Source: Promethearchaeota archaeon
GTDB taxonomy: Archaea; Asgardarchaeota; Lokiarchaeia; Sigyniarchaeales; SOKP01
Direction: 5' to 3'
DNA length: 64,000 nucleotides
NCBI GenBank assembly: GCA_029838195.1
Contig: JALGVJ010000001.1
Coordinates: 192,001-256,000, forward strand
Under the pieces are notes generated by a model. That model did no database searches, had not been told where the DNA came from, and saw only the letters and a list, made by a program, of their open reading frames with translations. The position numbers were made by a program, and so were the translations under genes. Positions 9,393 through 19,869 of this stretch are shown in pieces; positions within the stretch are counted from its first letter, which is position 1, and each line of letters opens with the position of its first letter.

Positions 9393-10052
9393 TTATTTTA
9401 GCACTAAAGTATTTGCATGGTTACAAATTTCGATTAATGGGCATTCCTCACAATGCGGATTTTTAGGAGTACACATGAGTGCTGCAAAATCTAAAAGTGC
9501 TAAATTAAACTCCTTATAGTGTTCTTTAGGTATTAAATGTTCCATGAATTCATTAAGTTTTTTATCCCGAGAAGGTGCTTTTTTTACGGGAAATGAAAAC
9601 ACTCTTTTTATCACGCGTCCCACGTTTGCATCGATAATGGGCACCGGTTCATGAAATGCAAAACAACGGAGGGCATTCGCTATGTATTCTCCAACGCCAG
9701 GCAACTTCATTAGTTCTTTTTTCGTCTTCGGGATCGTTCCTCCTTGTTCTAAAATAAACTTGACCGTTTTTAATAAGTCTCTCGCACGCCTATTGAATAA
9801 TCCTAAGGGCTGTAGGATGTTGGCTAATTGTTCTTGGCTCAATCGATGGAGGCTTTCCAGATCCGGATATTTCTTGATGAATTCAGGAAAGATTTTTTCC
9901 ACTTGATTGGCATTCGTTTTTTGTAACATCAATTCGGCAATTAAAAATTGAAAAGGCGTGAGCTGGTTCTCCCTCCAATAGAAACTACGCTTGTTTTCCT
10001 CGAACCATTGCAGGAGTAAATTAATGAAAAGCTCCTTCTTTTTCTGCTCCAT
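9393..10052 (-). CDS. HhH-GPD Fe-S DNA glycosylase, Mig/TDG-like (T:G mismatch) rather than full-length MutY
   Basis: IAELMLQKT, LGL..RA, HhH LPGVGEYIA, D in IDAN, C-terminal Cx6Cx2Cx5C; no MutT-like C-terminal domain. Confidence 0.8.
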   Translation of the reverse strand: MEQKKKELFINLLLQWFEENKRSFYWRENQLTPFQFLIAELMLQKTNANQVEKIFPEFIKKYPDLESLHRLSQEQLANILQPLGLFNRRARDLLKTVKFILEQGGTIPKTKKELMKLPGVGEYIANALRCFAFHEPVPIIDANVGRVIKRVFSFPVKKAPSRDKKLNEFMEHLIPKEHYKEFNLALLDFAALMCTPKNPHCEECPLIEICNHANTLVLK

Positions 10053-10080
10053 TAAGAATTTTCCCTCTCATGTTAAATAT

Positions 10081-10992
10081 TCATGAATTTACCACTAAAA
10101 TTTCATTAATTTCGCCTCTTTTCGTCCCATCACTATTTATAGCACGCTTTGCTTTTAAAATAATGATTTTATAGTCCTCATATAGCTTTAAAATGAAATC
10201 AGTATAGGAATTGCTTAACATGAGCTTGCAACCCCTCTCATCTAACCTCTCAAAAACTTTCTTAAGCTTGAGCTGATCTTCTATACCAAAATCATGCCTT
10301 GTATAACTCGTAAAATTAGCCGATTCCGAAATGGGAGCATAGGGAGGATCAAAATATACGAAATCATCCTTCTTTGCCAATTCTAAACATGTTTCAAAAC
10401 TCCCGTGAATAAGCTCGACATTCCTTAAAGCCTCATAAACCGCCCATAAATTCTTCTCATCGCAATAATTTGGATTTTTATATCGTCCAAAAGGAACGTT
10501 AAATTCTCCCTTACGATTCACCCGATATAATCCATTATAACAGGTTCTATTAAGAAAAATCGTTCTTGACGCCCGTTCCACCGGGGATAACGCCTTGAAG
10601 GCCTCCGGATTCCGATCCAAATTTCGAATCATGTAGTAATAATCCCGCTCGTTTTTATGCTTTTTCAAGGAACGGATTAATTCCTTCACGTTCTCTTGAA
10701 TTACTTGATATACATTAATTAACTCTTCATTAATATCAATTAAGATCGCCTTTATGGGCATGAGATAAAAAAATATTGCACCCCCGCCCAAAAACGGTTC
10801 TATATACCTGTTAAACTTTCTTGGAAAATATGGTGCCATCTGAGAAATGATTTGCCTCTTACCGCCCGCCCATTTCAAAAAAGGTCTCGGCACATCTACT
10901 ATTCTCTTTTCCCTTTCATTCTTTCTCCGAATCATGTTCTTTACATGATCAATATCCGCTTCCATAAACCGCAATAATGAATTATCAAACAT
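10081..10992 (-). CDS. dam: Dam-family DNA adenine methyltransferase (probably GATC)
   Basis: PFLKWAGGK, EPFLGGGA, GLYRVN..GEFNVPFGRY recognition hairpin, DPPY, SNS. Confidence 0.92.
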   Translation of the reverse strand: MFDNSLLRFMEADIDHVKNMIRRKNEREKRIVDVPRPFLKWAGGKRQIISQMAPYFPRKFNRYIEPFLGGGAIFFYLMPIKAILIDINEELINVYQVIQENVKELIRSLKKHKNERDYYYMIRNLDRNPEAFKALSPVERASRTIFLNRTCYNGLYRVNRKGEFNVPFGRYKNPNYCDEKNLWAVYEALRNVELIHGSFETCLELAKKDDFVYFDPPYAPISESANFTSYTRHDFGIEDQLKLKKVFERLDERGCKLMLSNSYTDFILKLYEDYKIIILKAKRAINSDGTKRGEINEILVVNS

Positions 10993-11378
10993 CTTGCTGA
11001 ACTCACGCTTTCAAAATTCTATTTCAAAACGTGAATACGTTTTTTAAAGCATATTTTTTTTTAACTCAATAAAAGATCGTTCTTACCTTAATAATTCTAT
11101 GAATTTAATCCTTAAAATTCTTTTATTAAACTCAAAATAAGAGATAGCTATAAAATAAACTTTAAAAAAGCTCAAAAAAAAAATGCGAGTTAATTCATGA
11201 TTTTTTATGATCCATGAATCATCATTGGCTTTATTTCATCAAGAATTGCTAAATCGGCCCTTTTTTCCTCTTTCTAAGTTTTAATTCATTAATATTTTCT
11301 TTTTCCTAAAAGTTCATGAGAAATAATTTTACTCTTTTCAATGACGTGTTAAAAAAAGGAAAAAAAAAAAAATCGTAA

Positions 11379-12740
11379 TTACAAAATTTCTTCTTTTGAT
11401 AACTCCCTTAATCTCTCCTTGAATATTCTTTCTGTTTCCTCCATCTCCGGAATAACATTCTTCAGCACGGATATCCAGAAAAGAGGAATTAATATCCAGA
11501 AAAAAATTGAAATCATCATTCCATATACCAGCCCAAATGCATCTGCTACTAAAGAGCCAATCAGAGGACCAATAGCCCGCCCAATTATGTCAAAAAAATT
11601 AGAGGTCGCAAGCACTGTACCTCTATGTTCCGGTAAATTGATGTCAACCACGGTGGCGTACCAAGAGCCATTCACAGCTCCATTCACGAAGAGTCCTATC
11701 ATAAAAAATAAGATCATGATCACTGCACCTGGTATTAGAAAGAGATCTCCAAAACTAGCATTGTCTTGAAGCTCAAAAGGAATAATTAGAGCAATAAAAA
11801 CAAACGGAATGGGCACGAGATTTCCCATCAGAGCTAATAAGACCCGGGCTCTTTTTTTCCCTTTTTTAAATAAATTATCGCCTATAAATCCAAAAATGAC
11901 CGTGCCGATTAATGAGCTAAGAATCACGAAAAACAAGATAATTAGAGAGATTCCTTCGGGAACGTTGTGGTATTCTGACATGTAATAAAAGAGAAGGAAT
12001 GTGATGATGCCTGTAGGAATGGTATCCACGAAATTGACTACGAGCCAAAAATTGCATTTTTTCTTGAATATCATTTTTAAATCGGAGATTCTAATGCGAT
12101 AGGTGTAATCAATCACTTCTTTATCCAATAGATAAGAAAAATCTTTACCGATGCGTGAGGGTTCTTTAAAAAAAAGCAAGATTAAAACAGCATTGAATAA
12201 ACCGGCTAAACCAATAATGAAATAGGACAATCTCCAGTCGATGGGTCCCATTATAGTGGCAATTAATAAGCCGATGATCATTCCAAGAAGAGAAGCTATT
12301 GAAAAAAAGGAGTATCCTTTCGAGCGGTCTTGTTGTTTCACGAGATCTCCGATGAGAGAAAAGATGGAGGGAATAATGGCTCCATAACCCACGCCCACTC
12401 CGCTAGCTAAGAAAAAAAATAAAATGTATCCTACAAAATCGGGGGAAATGAGCATGATAAACATGGAAAAGATGGAATAGAGTAAAGTTCCAGAGACCAA
12501 GATCCACTTGCGAACAACTTTATCAGCGAGATAGCCGAAAATTGCAAGGGAGATGGCAGCAACAAGGGTGAAGGTGAATGTTAGCAAGCCCAGTTGAGCA
12601 GTTTGTCCTTGGAAACCAAAATAATAAGACATTCGTTCTAGATTGGGAGAAATCAAGCTTTGCGTGGAACTAATTAAAGAAACAATGACAACGAAGAGCG
12701 ATAAGGAGAGAAGGGAGGAATCTTTTGTTGTGGATGTCAT
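11379..12740 (-). CDS. MFS transporter
   Basis: 12 TM; MFS motif A GYLADKVVRK and second-half GFIGD. Confidence 0.9.
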   Translation of the reverse strand: MTSTTKDSSLLSLSLFVVIVSLISSTQSLISPNLERMSYYFGFQGQTAQLGLLTFTFTLVAAISLAIFGYLADKVVRKWILVSGTLLYSIFSMFIMLISPDFVGYILFFFLASGVGVGYGAIIPSIFSLIGDLVKQQDRSKGYSFFSIASLLGMIIGLLIATIMGPIDWRLSYFIIGLAGLFNAVLILLFFKEPSRIGKDFSYLLDKEVIDYTYRIRISDLKMIFKKKCNFWLVVNFVDTIPTGIITFLLFYYMSEYHNVPEGISLIILFFVILSSLIGTVIFGFIGDNLFKKGKKRARVLLALMGNLVPIPFVFIALIIPFELQDNASFGDLFLIPGAVIMILFFMIGLFVNGAVNGSWYATVVDINLPEHRGTVLATSNFFDIIGRAIGPLIGSLVADAFGLVYGMMISIFFWILIPLFWISVLKNVIPEMEETERIFKERLRELSKEEIL

Positions 12741-12878
12741 GGAATCACGTTTTTTAAAAATAATTTGCGAGTTTTATTATTAAGAGATGGGGTAAGAAAA
12801 ATTTTATTTATTAATTTTTATATAGAGTTTAGATTAAATATTTTTTATACTAAAAATTAACCATCGAGTATGTGAAAA

Positions 12879-14102
12879 ATGAGTAAAGATATAAAAAATT
12901 TGATCGATAAGGTCGAGGAAGAAACTAATACGAGGATTGAATTGGAGAAAAAAATCGAAGCATTAAATGAGGAGATCGTGCGGTTAAAAAGCATCATAGA
13001 GGAGCAGAATGCGTTGATCGAGCAGCAAGATAAAATGAGCTCGAATATTCCTCCCGATGTAGCAGTACTAAAGGATATGGTTATGAAAAAGAGACAAGAA
13101 TTAGAAGAAAAAGATAAAGAAATTGAAGAGCTTCAAAATGAGCTCCTTACTTTAAAGGAAAAAGGAGCCTCTACAGCGGTATCGGTGAATTCTAAATCGT
13201 TTTCTGAGGAATTAGAAAATGCCAAGCAATTAATTCTTCAATTAACGGAGGAGAATAAGATGTACAAGCTAAATGAAGAGCAATCACAGAAAATTATCAA
13301 GAATTTAATGGATAAAAATGAAGAATACAAGAAAGAGATAGAACTCTTGAAAGCTAAATCTGAAATTCCTGCTCCTGTTCCTACTCCCACTTCCGAGTCG
13401 GAAGAAGTAAAACGATTGAAAGCAGAAAATGCGGATTATAAAAATCAAATTAGTTCTCTCAAGGAACGAATTGAATTACTTGAAACTTCAATCACAAGTT
13501 CCACGGGCGGAGTAGAAGAAGAGTTGAGGCACCAGATTGATAACTTGCGGGAAGAAAATTCAAAATTGAAAAAAGAAATTTTCCTCTTAAAGAAACGATT
13601 AGAAAAGGTGAAAGCTCTTTCAGAAAAACCGGAAGTGATCTCACGCGAACCCATTAAAAAAGAATATGAAGAATTCATTGTAGAATCAGCGCAAGAAAGG
13701 GTCGAAGAAGTGGAAGAGATTACCGTAAAACCCTCAGAAATCTTAGCTAAACAAAGAGCAATGGGGAAAGTTAGTGAGGAAATAGAGCCAATTAAGGAAG
13801 AATCCATGGAATTAATGGCTCGTTCTGAAGAAATGAAAGAAATTTCAACTCCTGCTTCCCCTACAGAGATCGGTCCTGAAATTGAATCAAAATCCATTCC
13901 TTCCTTAGAAACTTCCAAAGAAATATTAGTAGTTTCAGAAATAGAGGGCCATCGCAAATGTCCTAAATGCGGAAATACTAATCGAAATAAGATCCATGAA
14001 GAATTAGACAAATCTAATATCATAATGGCTTATCCTAGAATGTACGGAAAGAAATATCGTTGCGGAGACTGTGGTTGCGAATGGAAGATCCGACAAGAAT
14101 AA
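12879..14102 (+). CDS. Long coiled-coil protein with C-terminal Zn ribbon
   Basis: E/K heptad-rich N-terminal two thirds, Pro/Glu-rich linker, CPKCG...CGDCG. Confidence 0.8.
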   Translation: MSKDIKNLIDKVEEETNTRIELEKKIEALNEEIVRLKSIIEEQNALIEQQDKMSSNIPPDVAVLKDMVMKKRQELEEKDKEIEELQNELLTLKEKGASTAVSVNSKSFSEELENAKQLILQLTEENKMYKLNEEQSQKIIKNLMDKNEEYKKEIELLKAKSEIPAPVPTPTSESEEVKRLKAENADYKNQISSLKERIELLETSITSSTGGVEEELRHQIDNLREENSKLKKEIFLLKKRLEKVKALSEKPEVISREPIKKEYEEFIVESAQERVEEVEEITVKPSEILAKQRAMGKVSEEIEPIKEESMELMARSEEMKEISTPASPTEIGPEIESKSIPSLETSKEILVVSEIEGHRKCPKCGNTNRNKIHEELDKSNIIMAYPRMYGKKYRCGDCGCEWKIRQE

Positions 14103-14301
14103 CCTTTTAGAAAAAAAATGAAAAAACATTTCCATTTTTTGAACCCAATTCGCTATTTTAATTTAATCCTTGAATAGTAAATTTTTACTAATTTTCTTTC
14201 TTGGATTTCTCCCAAGAATTCAATTTATTTTAAATTGTCAAAATAACCTTGAGTTAAAAAATATATTAAAAAAAAGCAAATGTTTAGGCATTAATTTTGC
14301 T

Positions 14302-14799
14302 CTATTCTCGAAGTGAGCGAGTACTTTTTATTTTTTTATTATTGTTTATTAGCTCTTCTAACCTGTTTACGTGGTTTAGCATGGTTTGGTAAAATTCATC
14401 CAAGAGATCTCGTAGACGGTTTTTGATGATGGGAAGGTCCATAATATCATATACATATAAATATCCTCGCTTACCACCAGCATGTTGCATTTTTTTGATA
14501 GTGTTAAATTTTTTAAGTGAAATTCGTGTTCTCTTTATTAAATCCAAGGATAATAATGTTTTCAGCGTTTTTTGAATGGTGCTTCGATCTTTTCCTAGTT
14601 GCCGTTCTAATTCAAGAGTACTGACATGATCGTGTCTTAATATATAACAAAAAATTTCAGTCTCTAATGGATTTAACCCTAATATGCATTTAAAAAGTTC
14701 GTGTTCTTGTGAACATTTTATTGAGGAAGAAGACTTGTCATCATTATTTCCTGCTTTTAAGCCGTTTAACCTTGCCAATTGCTTGTTAATGATTTCCAT
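14302..14799 (-). CDS. Winged-HTH transcriptional regulator (archaeal COG3355/TrmB-like)
   Basis: CILGL..LE..IF, ELERQLGKDRSTIQKTL, GG.RGY.YVY; directly downstream of thioredoxin. Confidence 0.78.
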   Translation of the reverse strand: MEIINKQLARLNGLKAGNNDDKSSSSIKCSQEHELFKCILGLNPLETEIFCYILRHDHVSTLELERQLGKDRSTIQKTLKTLLSLDLIKRTRISLKKFNTIKKMQHAGGKRGYLYVYDIMDLPIIKNRLRDLLDEFYQTMLNHVNRLEELINNNKKIKSTRSLRE

Positions 14800-14851
14800 A
14801 ATTCTAAAACCATTTAATTTTAGAGCCTTGTATACAAATTAATGGCTTGGT

Positions 14852-15262
14852 TCAAGAATCACCGGATTTGAGTTTCATTAGAATATTTTTCATCATGTCA
14901 TAATTCATGGCTCCCACAGCTTTATGGATGACATTTCCATTCTTTATAAAGAGCGTCGTGGGAATTCCCGTAATGCCGTAATAAGCGGCTAATCGTTGCT
15001 GCTCGTCCACGTTTATTTTCGTGAATATAAACTCCTCTTGATATTCTTGATGGAGTTTTTCAAAAACGGGCGCAAATATGCGACATGGAGCACACCACGT
15101 TGCCCAAAAATCGATAATGATGATTTTATCCTTGTATTTATTCAGTAGTTCTCTAAATTGCTCTTCTGCTTGGATGTTAATGATCTCTTTAGGCATAGCT
15201 TGCTGCACCATTAATTTTTTCATTTTTTCTATTCTTATTCGTTCTAATTCATCGTCTGACAT
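14852..15262 (-). CDS. trxA: Thioredoxin (archaeal type with N-terminal helix)
   Basis: DFWATWCAPC, IPT; N-terminal MSDDELERIR extension. Confidence 0.94.
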   Translation of the reverse strand: MSDDELERIRIEKMKKLMVQQAMPKEIINIQAEEQFRELLNKYKDKIIIIDFWATWCAPCRIFAPVFEKLHQEYQEEFIFTKINVDEQQRLAAYYGITGIPTTLFIKNGNVIHKAVGAMNYDMMKNILMKLKSGDS

Positions 15263-15452
15263 TTTTAAAAGGAATGATTTTTTTTTTCACAACTTAAGAA
15301 TTAAAGAAAAAGATCCTTAAAAAGGTTTTTTCCCATGAAATATAAAATTATTAAAAAAGACAAAAATAAAATTTAATTGCGAAAAAAAGACTTAAAAGAT
15401 TAAGTCACTATGTAAAGGGTATATCAACAATAAATCATTCTCAATACCTACT

Positions 15453-16205
15453 ATGAAAATTCATTCCTTATTCATCTTGGATGCCGGAGGCTGTTGCTTT
15501 TATAGCAGGAATTTTACGAATGATTTTAATTTAAATGTTAATTTAATCACGCCGTTTTTTTCCGCCATCATTACCTTTGCAGAAAATGTCATTGCAAGAA
15601 AAATGGAAATTCTGGAAATGGGAGACTTGCGATTTGTATTTAAAAAAAGAAACAAGTTCATTTTTGCAATATTGGCGGATTCTACCGTTAGTATTCTTTT
15701 CATCCACTCGCGATTAGACCGGGTCATGAATGTTTTTTTTGATTTATATTATAAGCCGGAGTACCTTGATTCTTGTAGAGAAATCGAAGATCCGGAACTC
15801 GACAAGATGATTGATTCAATAATCAAGGGAGAAGAAGAAATTCTCAAAAATAAAGAATTTTATCAAAAAGTAATTGATTTATTTAAGGAGCAAATTTCCA
15901 AGAATGAGATAATTGGGGCGTGTTTATTAACCACAAAGGGAAATATCATCTACTCCTCCCTACCAAATCAAATATTGCTTGATTCCCTACATGAATTGGA
16001 AATTCGATTCATGACGGGAGTGGAATCTCTGCCAGAGTTATTCTATCAATTAGAAAATGGACAAAAAGTGTTTTCAAAAATCATTCATGTTGATAAGGAA
16101 GATATCGATTTTTTAATCGTACTTTTATTTGAAACATCCGTCCCTCTCGGAATGGCAGAATTGAACCTCATGAAGGTGGGAAAAATGATAAAAAATCTCG
16201 TCTAA
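15453..16205 (+). CDS. Longin domain fused to a roadblock-like domain
   Basis: N-terminal IHSLFILDAGGCCFYSRNF...FFSAIITF (longin); C-terminal IIGACLLTTKGNIIYSSL (roadblock/profilin-like). Confidence 0.7.
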   Translation: MKIHSLFILDAGGCCFYSRNFTNDFNLNVNLITPFFSAIITFAENVIARKMEILEMGDLRFVFKKRNKFIFAILADSTVSILFIHSRLDRVMNVFFDLYYKPEYLDSCREIEDPELDKMIDSIIKGEEEILKNKEFYQKVIDLFKEQISKNEIIGACLLTTKGNIIYSSLPNQILLDSLHELEIRFMTGVESLPELFYQLENGQKVFSKIIHVDKEDIDFLIVLLFETSVPLGMAELNLMKVGKMIKNLV

Positions 16206-16335
16206 TTCTTTTTTTCCAATTAGCTAAATTTTTATAAAATCATGAACCCATGCGAAATATTTTTAACATACGACTCAAATTTAAGCTTAAGAAATTACTA
16301 TTACAAAAGGAGTTAAAAAACTTACCCTTTCTCAC

Positions 16336-17610
16336 GTGTTCATCATGTATGATGTCGCTATTATAGGTGCGGGTGTAGCGGGGTCGTCATTTGCATTAAA
16401 AATCGTGAACCATGCGAAAACGGTATTAATTGAAGAGCAAGATTTTGATAAAAACATCCCCATTAGAACGAATATATTTGCGGAGCATAATCGACCCTAT
16501 CTTAAAGAAGTGGATTGGAATGATAAAAACATTTTTCCCATTCCTCACTTGCGCTCCAACTACATGGCAGATACCGCTAATGGCGTGATTGATTCTACTA
16601 AATTTGGAATCCCATTAGGAAATATTTGCTATACGGATCGCCTCATCGAATTTTTAATTACTCAATTTAAGGATAAAGGAGGAGAAACCAAATTTGGCGT
16701 GAAAGTGAAAAGAGTAAATCGAAAAGGAGATCATATTGAACTCACATGTGATAACGGAGAAGTCATTTCAACTAAATTTTTAGCAATTGCTACTGGCTCG
16801 CATGATTTCAATTTACAAAAATCTCTTGGTTTTGGTGTTCCCGATCAATACATGGGAATTTGCGTTCACTTACACGGGGAGGAGGCTCAATTGAATGAAA
16901 ACTTGAAGTGGCAGTACGTGTTTCATTTAAATCCTAAAATTAGCACGAATGGTCCATTTTTTATCAATAAAGGCGTCGAAAGAGCATTCGTGGGCTTTCT
17001 TGGAAAAATGCACGATTCTCCTTCGGATTTAAAGGATAAATTAGAGAGAATCTTGCAAAACTATAAGCGAATCCAACCATGCATTAAAAATCTAAAAAAA
17101 GGCTCAGATGTAACTATTGGAAAAATCTCTAAGCATCCCATTAAAGAATTTTCGGGCGATAGAATGTTGATTCTTGGAGAAGCCGCAGGACTGGTAACAT
17201 CTTTTTTTTATGAGGGGATCTTGTGTGGTTTAGTGAGTGCTCAGGTTGGAGCAGATACCATAATTCCCTTGTTAGAAAAAGAAAGCTCTTTTTCAAAGCA
17301 TGAATTGAGAGTTTACGATTCGGAAATCCATCGAATTTTGCTAAAGAATTATTTCAGAAATGGAAATGCGTGTGAATATCTATTTTATACCGATGCCTCC
17401 TACGTGAGGTCCTTGTGGAATCACTATTGTGAGTTAATTGCTACCGATATCACTTCTCAACGCTACATTTATGAAGCGTATATTAATCAAGACCTCGCTA
17501 ATCATGATATCAATAAAGATCGATACGTGGGAGAAAAGCTCTTTGCTAAATTACCTGCCTTGTCCAAAATCACCCTTTCTCCTCGTTTCTTAAGAGCCAT
17601 GATGATTTAA
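16336..17610 (+). CDS. FAD-dependent oxidoreductase, geranylgeranyl-reductase-like family
   Basis: YDVAIIGAGVAG, ATG, LGEAAGLV..F..EGI; probable start ATG 16345. Confidence 0.8.
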   Translation: MFIMYDVAIIGAGVAGSSFALKIVNHAKTVLIEEQDFDKNIPIRTNIFAEHNRPYLKEVDWNDKNIFPIPHLRSNYMADTANGVIDSTKFGIPLGNICYTDRLIEFLITQFKDKGGETKFGVKVKRVNRKGDHIELTCDNGEVISTKFLAIATGSHDFNLQKSLGFGVPDQYMGICVHLHGEEAQLNENLKWQYVFHLNPKISTNGPFFINKGVERAFVGFLGKMHDSPSDLKDKLERILQNYKRIQPCIKNLKKGSDVTIGKISKHPIKEFSGDRMLILGEAAGLVTSFFYEGILCGLVSAQVGADTIIPLLEKESSFSKHELRVYDSEIHRILLKNYFRNGNACEYLFYTDASYVRSLWNHYCELIATDITSQRYIYEAYINQDLANHDINKDRYVGEKLFAKLPALSKITLSPRFLRAMMI

Positions 17611-17843
17611 ACGAAAATAAATGAGCCTTTCTGTCCATAGAAAAAAGGAAATCTTCTGGGGAGGTATTTTTCAAAAACTTTTTTTTATGAGGAGTGTCTA
17701 CCATCATTTCCGCCTTAATTTCATGGGACGTTCGTGTTAGTAGAACAAAAAAAGTGTATTTTAAGGAAATATTTATAAGATTTCTTAGATCTTAAATTCA
17801 TATTTAACGTGACGATGGGTCATTCTTATATTAGGAGGATATC

Positions 17844-18341
17844 ATGTTCTCACAAAAAGCAATTTTATGTAAGTTGGGGGGATACGTGAATGCTAATCCC
17901 GAGATCGTTAGTTCCTTTCCACCATTAGAAGAATCGGAAAAAGATTATCAGGAATTATTACAAAAATGTTTTCCAATAGGGTCAAAACCAGGGACCTTTG
18001 CCATTAATAAATATAAAAAGGATAATTTACTTTCTTTCATTTTTAAAATCAAGAAAGAAGATGGAAGGGATGATTTATTATCTTTTTCTATCCTGATTGA
18101 CAAAAAACTCGAGGCGGAATATTATAAACCCATAGTCGAAGAAATTATTACCTCATTAAATAATGCCGGTATTTTAAACGAAGATACTCTAATTAAATAT
18201 CACCAAGAAATATATGAATCCATCAATCAAGAAAAAGATTTAAAAATAGAATCCCTCTCCATCCCCTTATCAAAACTTTTTAAAACTATCAACGCGAAAA
18301 TTAAAAAAGAAAAACCACAGCTCAAGGGGAGTTTTTTTTAA
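17844..18341 (+). CDS. Small uDENN/longin-like protein
   Basis: PEIVSSFPP...LLQKCFP.G...SFIF pattern resembles the uDENN signature; SD AGGAGG; stop abuts the next ATG. Confidence 0.55.
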   Translation: MFSQKAILCKLGGYVNANPEIVSSFPPLEESEKDYQELLQKCFPIGSKPGTFAINKYKKDNLLSFIFKIKKEDGRDDLLSFSILIDKKLEAEYYKPIVEEIITSLNNAGILNEDTLIKYHQEIYESINQEKDLKIESLSIPLSKLFKTINAKIKKEKPQLKGSFF

Positions 18342-18995
18342 ATGGAAACTGAAGCATTATATATTGCGTTCAAAACGATAGCTAATATTTCTTCGATAAT
18401 TGTTGTACCTATCATGACGAGCATTATTGGACGAAGGTTATGGAACGAATATAAGAATTTTAAAAAAATTAATGTTATAAGGTTGTTAACCTTTTGTATT
18501 TTTCTCTCGTTCTCATGGACCAATCTCTGGGAATTTTTATATGAAACCAGTCCTCTCGCACCGCTATTACCTAGTTATGTTAATTCTCCTAATGCTGTTC
18601 AAGATATCACGTTATATTCCATAGGAATAGGATTCATGGTTACTTTTGCTCTAACATTAACCATTTATGCAAACAAGTTGGAAGCATTTTATCTCGCTCC
18701 GCTTTCCTTTTATCTAGGGATCTTGATATATTATATAGCAACCGGCAATGTGAATTTTCATGCATATTATGTTTACGGTTGTGCAATAGTTGGTTTAATC
18801 TTTTTTTATGTAACGGGATTTCGCCTAAAAGATGATGGGCCTTTAGGTTTAGGAATTCTTTTTACCATTACCTATATTTCTTTAATTTTTTCTGATACAT
18901 TAATCGGAGAGATTTTCTTTTTAGCCTCATTAATATTTGGAGCGTTTTTTAGTTTAGGTTATTTTAATGTTTTTAAAAGCGTGGAGGAAAATTAA
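18342..18995 (+). CDS. Seven-TM membrane protein, paralogue 1
   Basis: Seven hydrophobic segments; TAA-ATG junction with the upstream gene. Confidence 0.75.
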   Translation: METEALYIAFKTIANISSIIVVPIMTSIIGRRLWNEYKNFKKINVIRLLTFCIFLSFSWTNLWEFLYETSPLAPLLPSYVNSPNAVQDITLYSIGIGFMVTFALTLTIYANKLEAFYLAPLSFYLGILIYYIATGNVNFHAYYVYGCAIVGLIFFYVTGFRLKDDGPLGLGILFTITYISLIFSDTLIGEIFFLASLIFGAFFSLGYFNVFKSVEEN

Positions 18996-18996
18996 A

Positions 18997-19656
18997 ATGA
19001 TTCTCATTATAATAATGGCAATATTCAATGTCATGTTTATAGGAATTATTTCAATAATTATTTTCAATGAAATCAAAAAATGGAAAAGCATTCACAATCA
19101 AATTCTCTTATTTATAATTTGTTATTTAATTATTGTTATCGTTCACGCAGTCTGGCAAACATTTTATGAAATTTTCAATTTTCAAGAAATCTTTAAATTA
19201 ATTGACAATTTAACTGTTTTTAATTTCTTTTATTTGCTTTTACTCTTGTTCGCCACAGAAATTGTCTTATATATAAACGGTTGGAAAATGTTATATTCAA
19301 TTCCTCTTATCGCGTGCTTTTTTATCGCTTATGGCATGATCATGAATGAAAGTGTGATTGTAATAGATTATTATTTAGGAATAGTGGTGAGTAATGCGAT
19401 AATTTTGGTTTTAATCTACGAGGGCTATAAAAATGAAAGTGGAACAGTATTTAGCACCGGTATTTTCATGTTCCTTTTTGGACTGGGATTTTATCCCAAT
19501 TTTCTCTTTCCCGGTATATTAATTAAATTTTTAGGAAGCATGGTATTATTATTCGGATCTTTTGGCCTTTTTGAGCGAATGATTTTTATTGACGAAGAAA
19601 GAGAGCAAAAGATAAAGAACACGTGGATTGCGAAAATTGTAGACTTAAAGGAATAA
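18997..19656 (+). CDS. Seven-TM membrane protein, paralogue 2
   Basis: Seven hydrophobic segments that align by eye to 18342..18995; start moved to ATG 18997 after a GGAGG SD. Confidence 0.75.
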   Translation: MILIIIMAIFNVMFIGIISIIIFNEIKKWKSIHNQILLFIICYLIIVIVHAVWQTFYEIFNFQEIFKLIDNLTVFNFFYLLLLLFATEIVLYINGWKMLYSIPLIACFFIAYGMIMNESVIVIDYYLGIVVSNAIILVLIYEGYKNESGTVFSTGIFMFLFGLGFYPNFLFPGILIKFLGSMVLLFGSFGLFERMIFIDEEREQKIKNTWIAKIVDLKE

Positions 19657-19869
19657 AAATTTCAATATTTAAATCGTTTGTTAAGTTAAGTTAAGCATAT
19701 CAATTCTATTTTTTATTATGATTCAGTTTTAAATTCTAATAAAAGGTTTTTCTAATTATATAGCTTTTTTCTCGAAAACAAAATGGTATTAATCTTTACA
19801 CGTGAGGATAGAACAAAAATTCCTCAACTTGTTAATATATTTATCTCTTTAGTCTTTATATTTTTTAAC

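Noticed and set aside
13445-14023. 192-aa antisense ORF and the many other short nested or antisense ORFs in the track
   Set aside because: Shadows of well-supported genes on the opposite strand or in another frame, with Ser/Phe-rich non-protein-like composition
18342-19656. 7TM proteins as rhodopsins or true GPCRs
   Set aside because: No conserved retinal-binding DxxxK pattern in TM7 of both paralogues and no GPCR motifs; only the helix count matches
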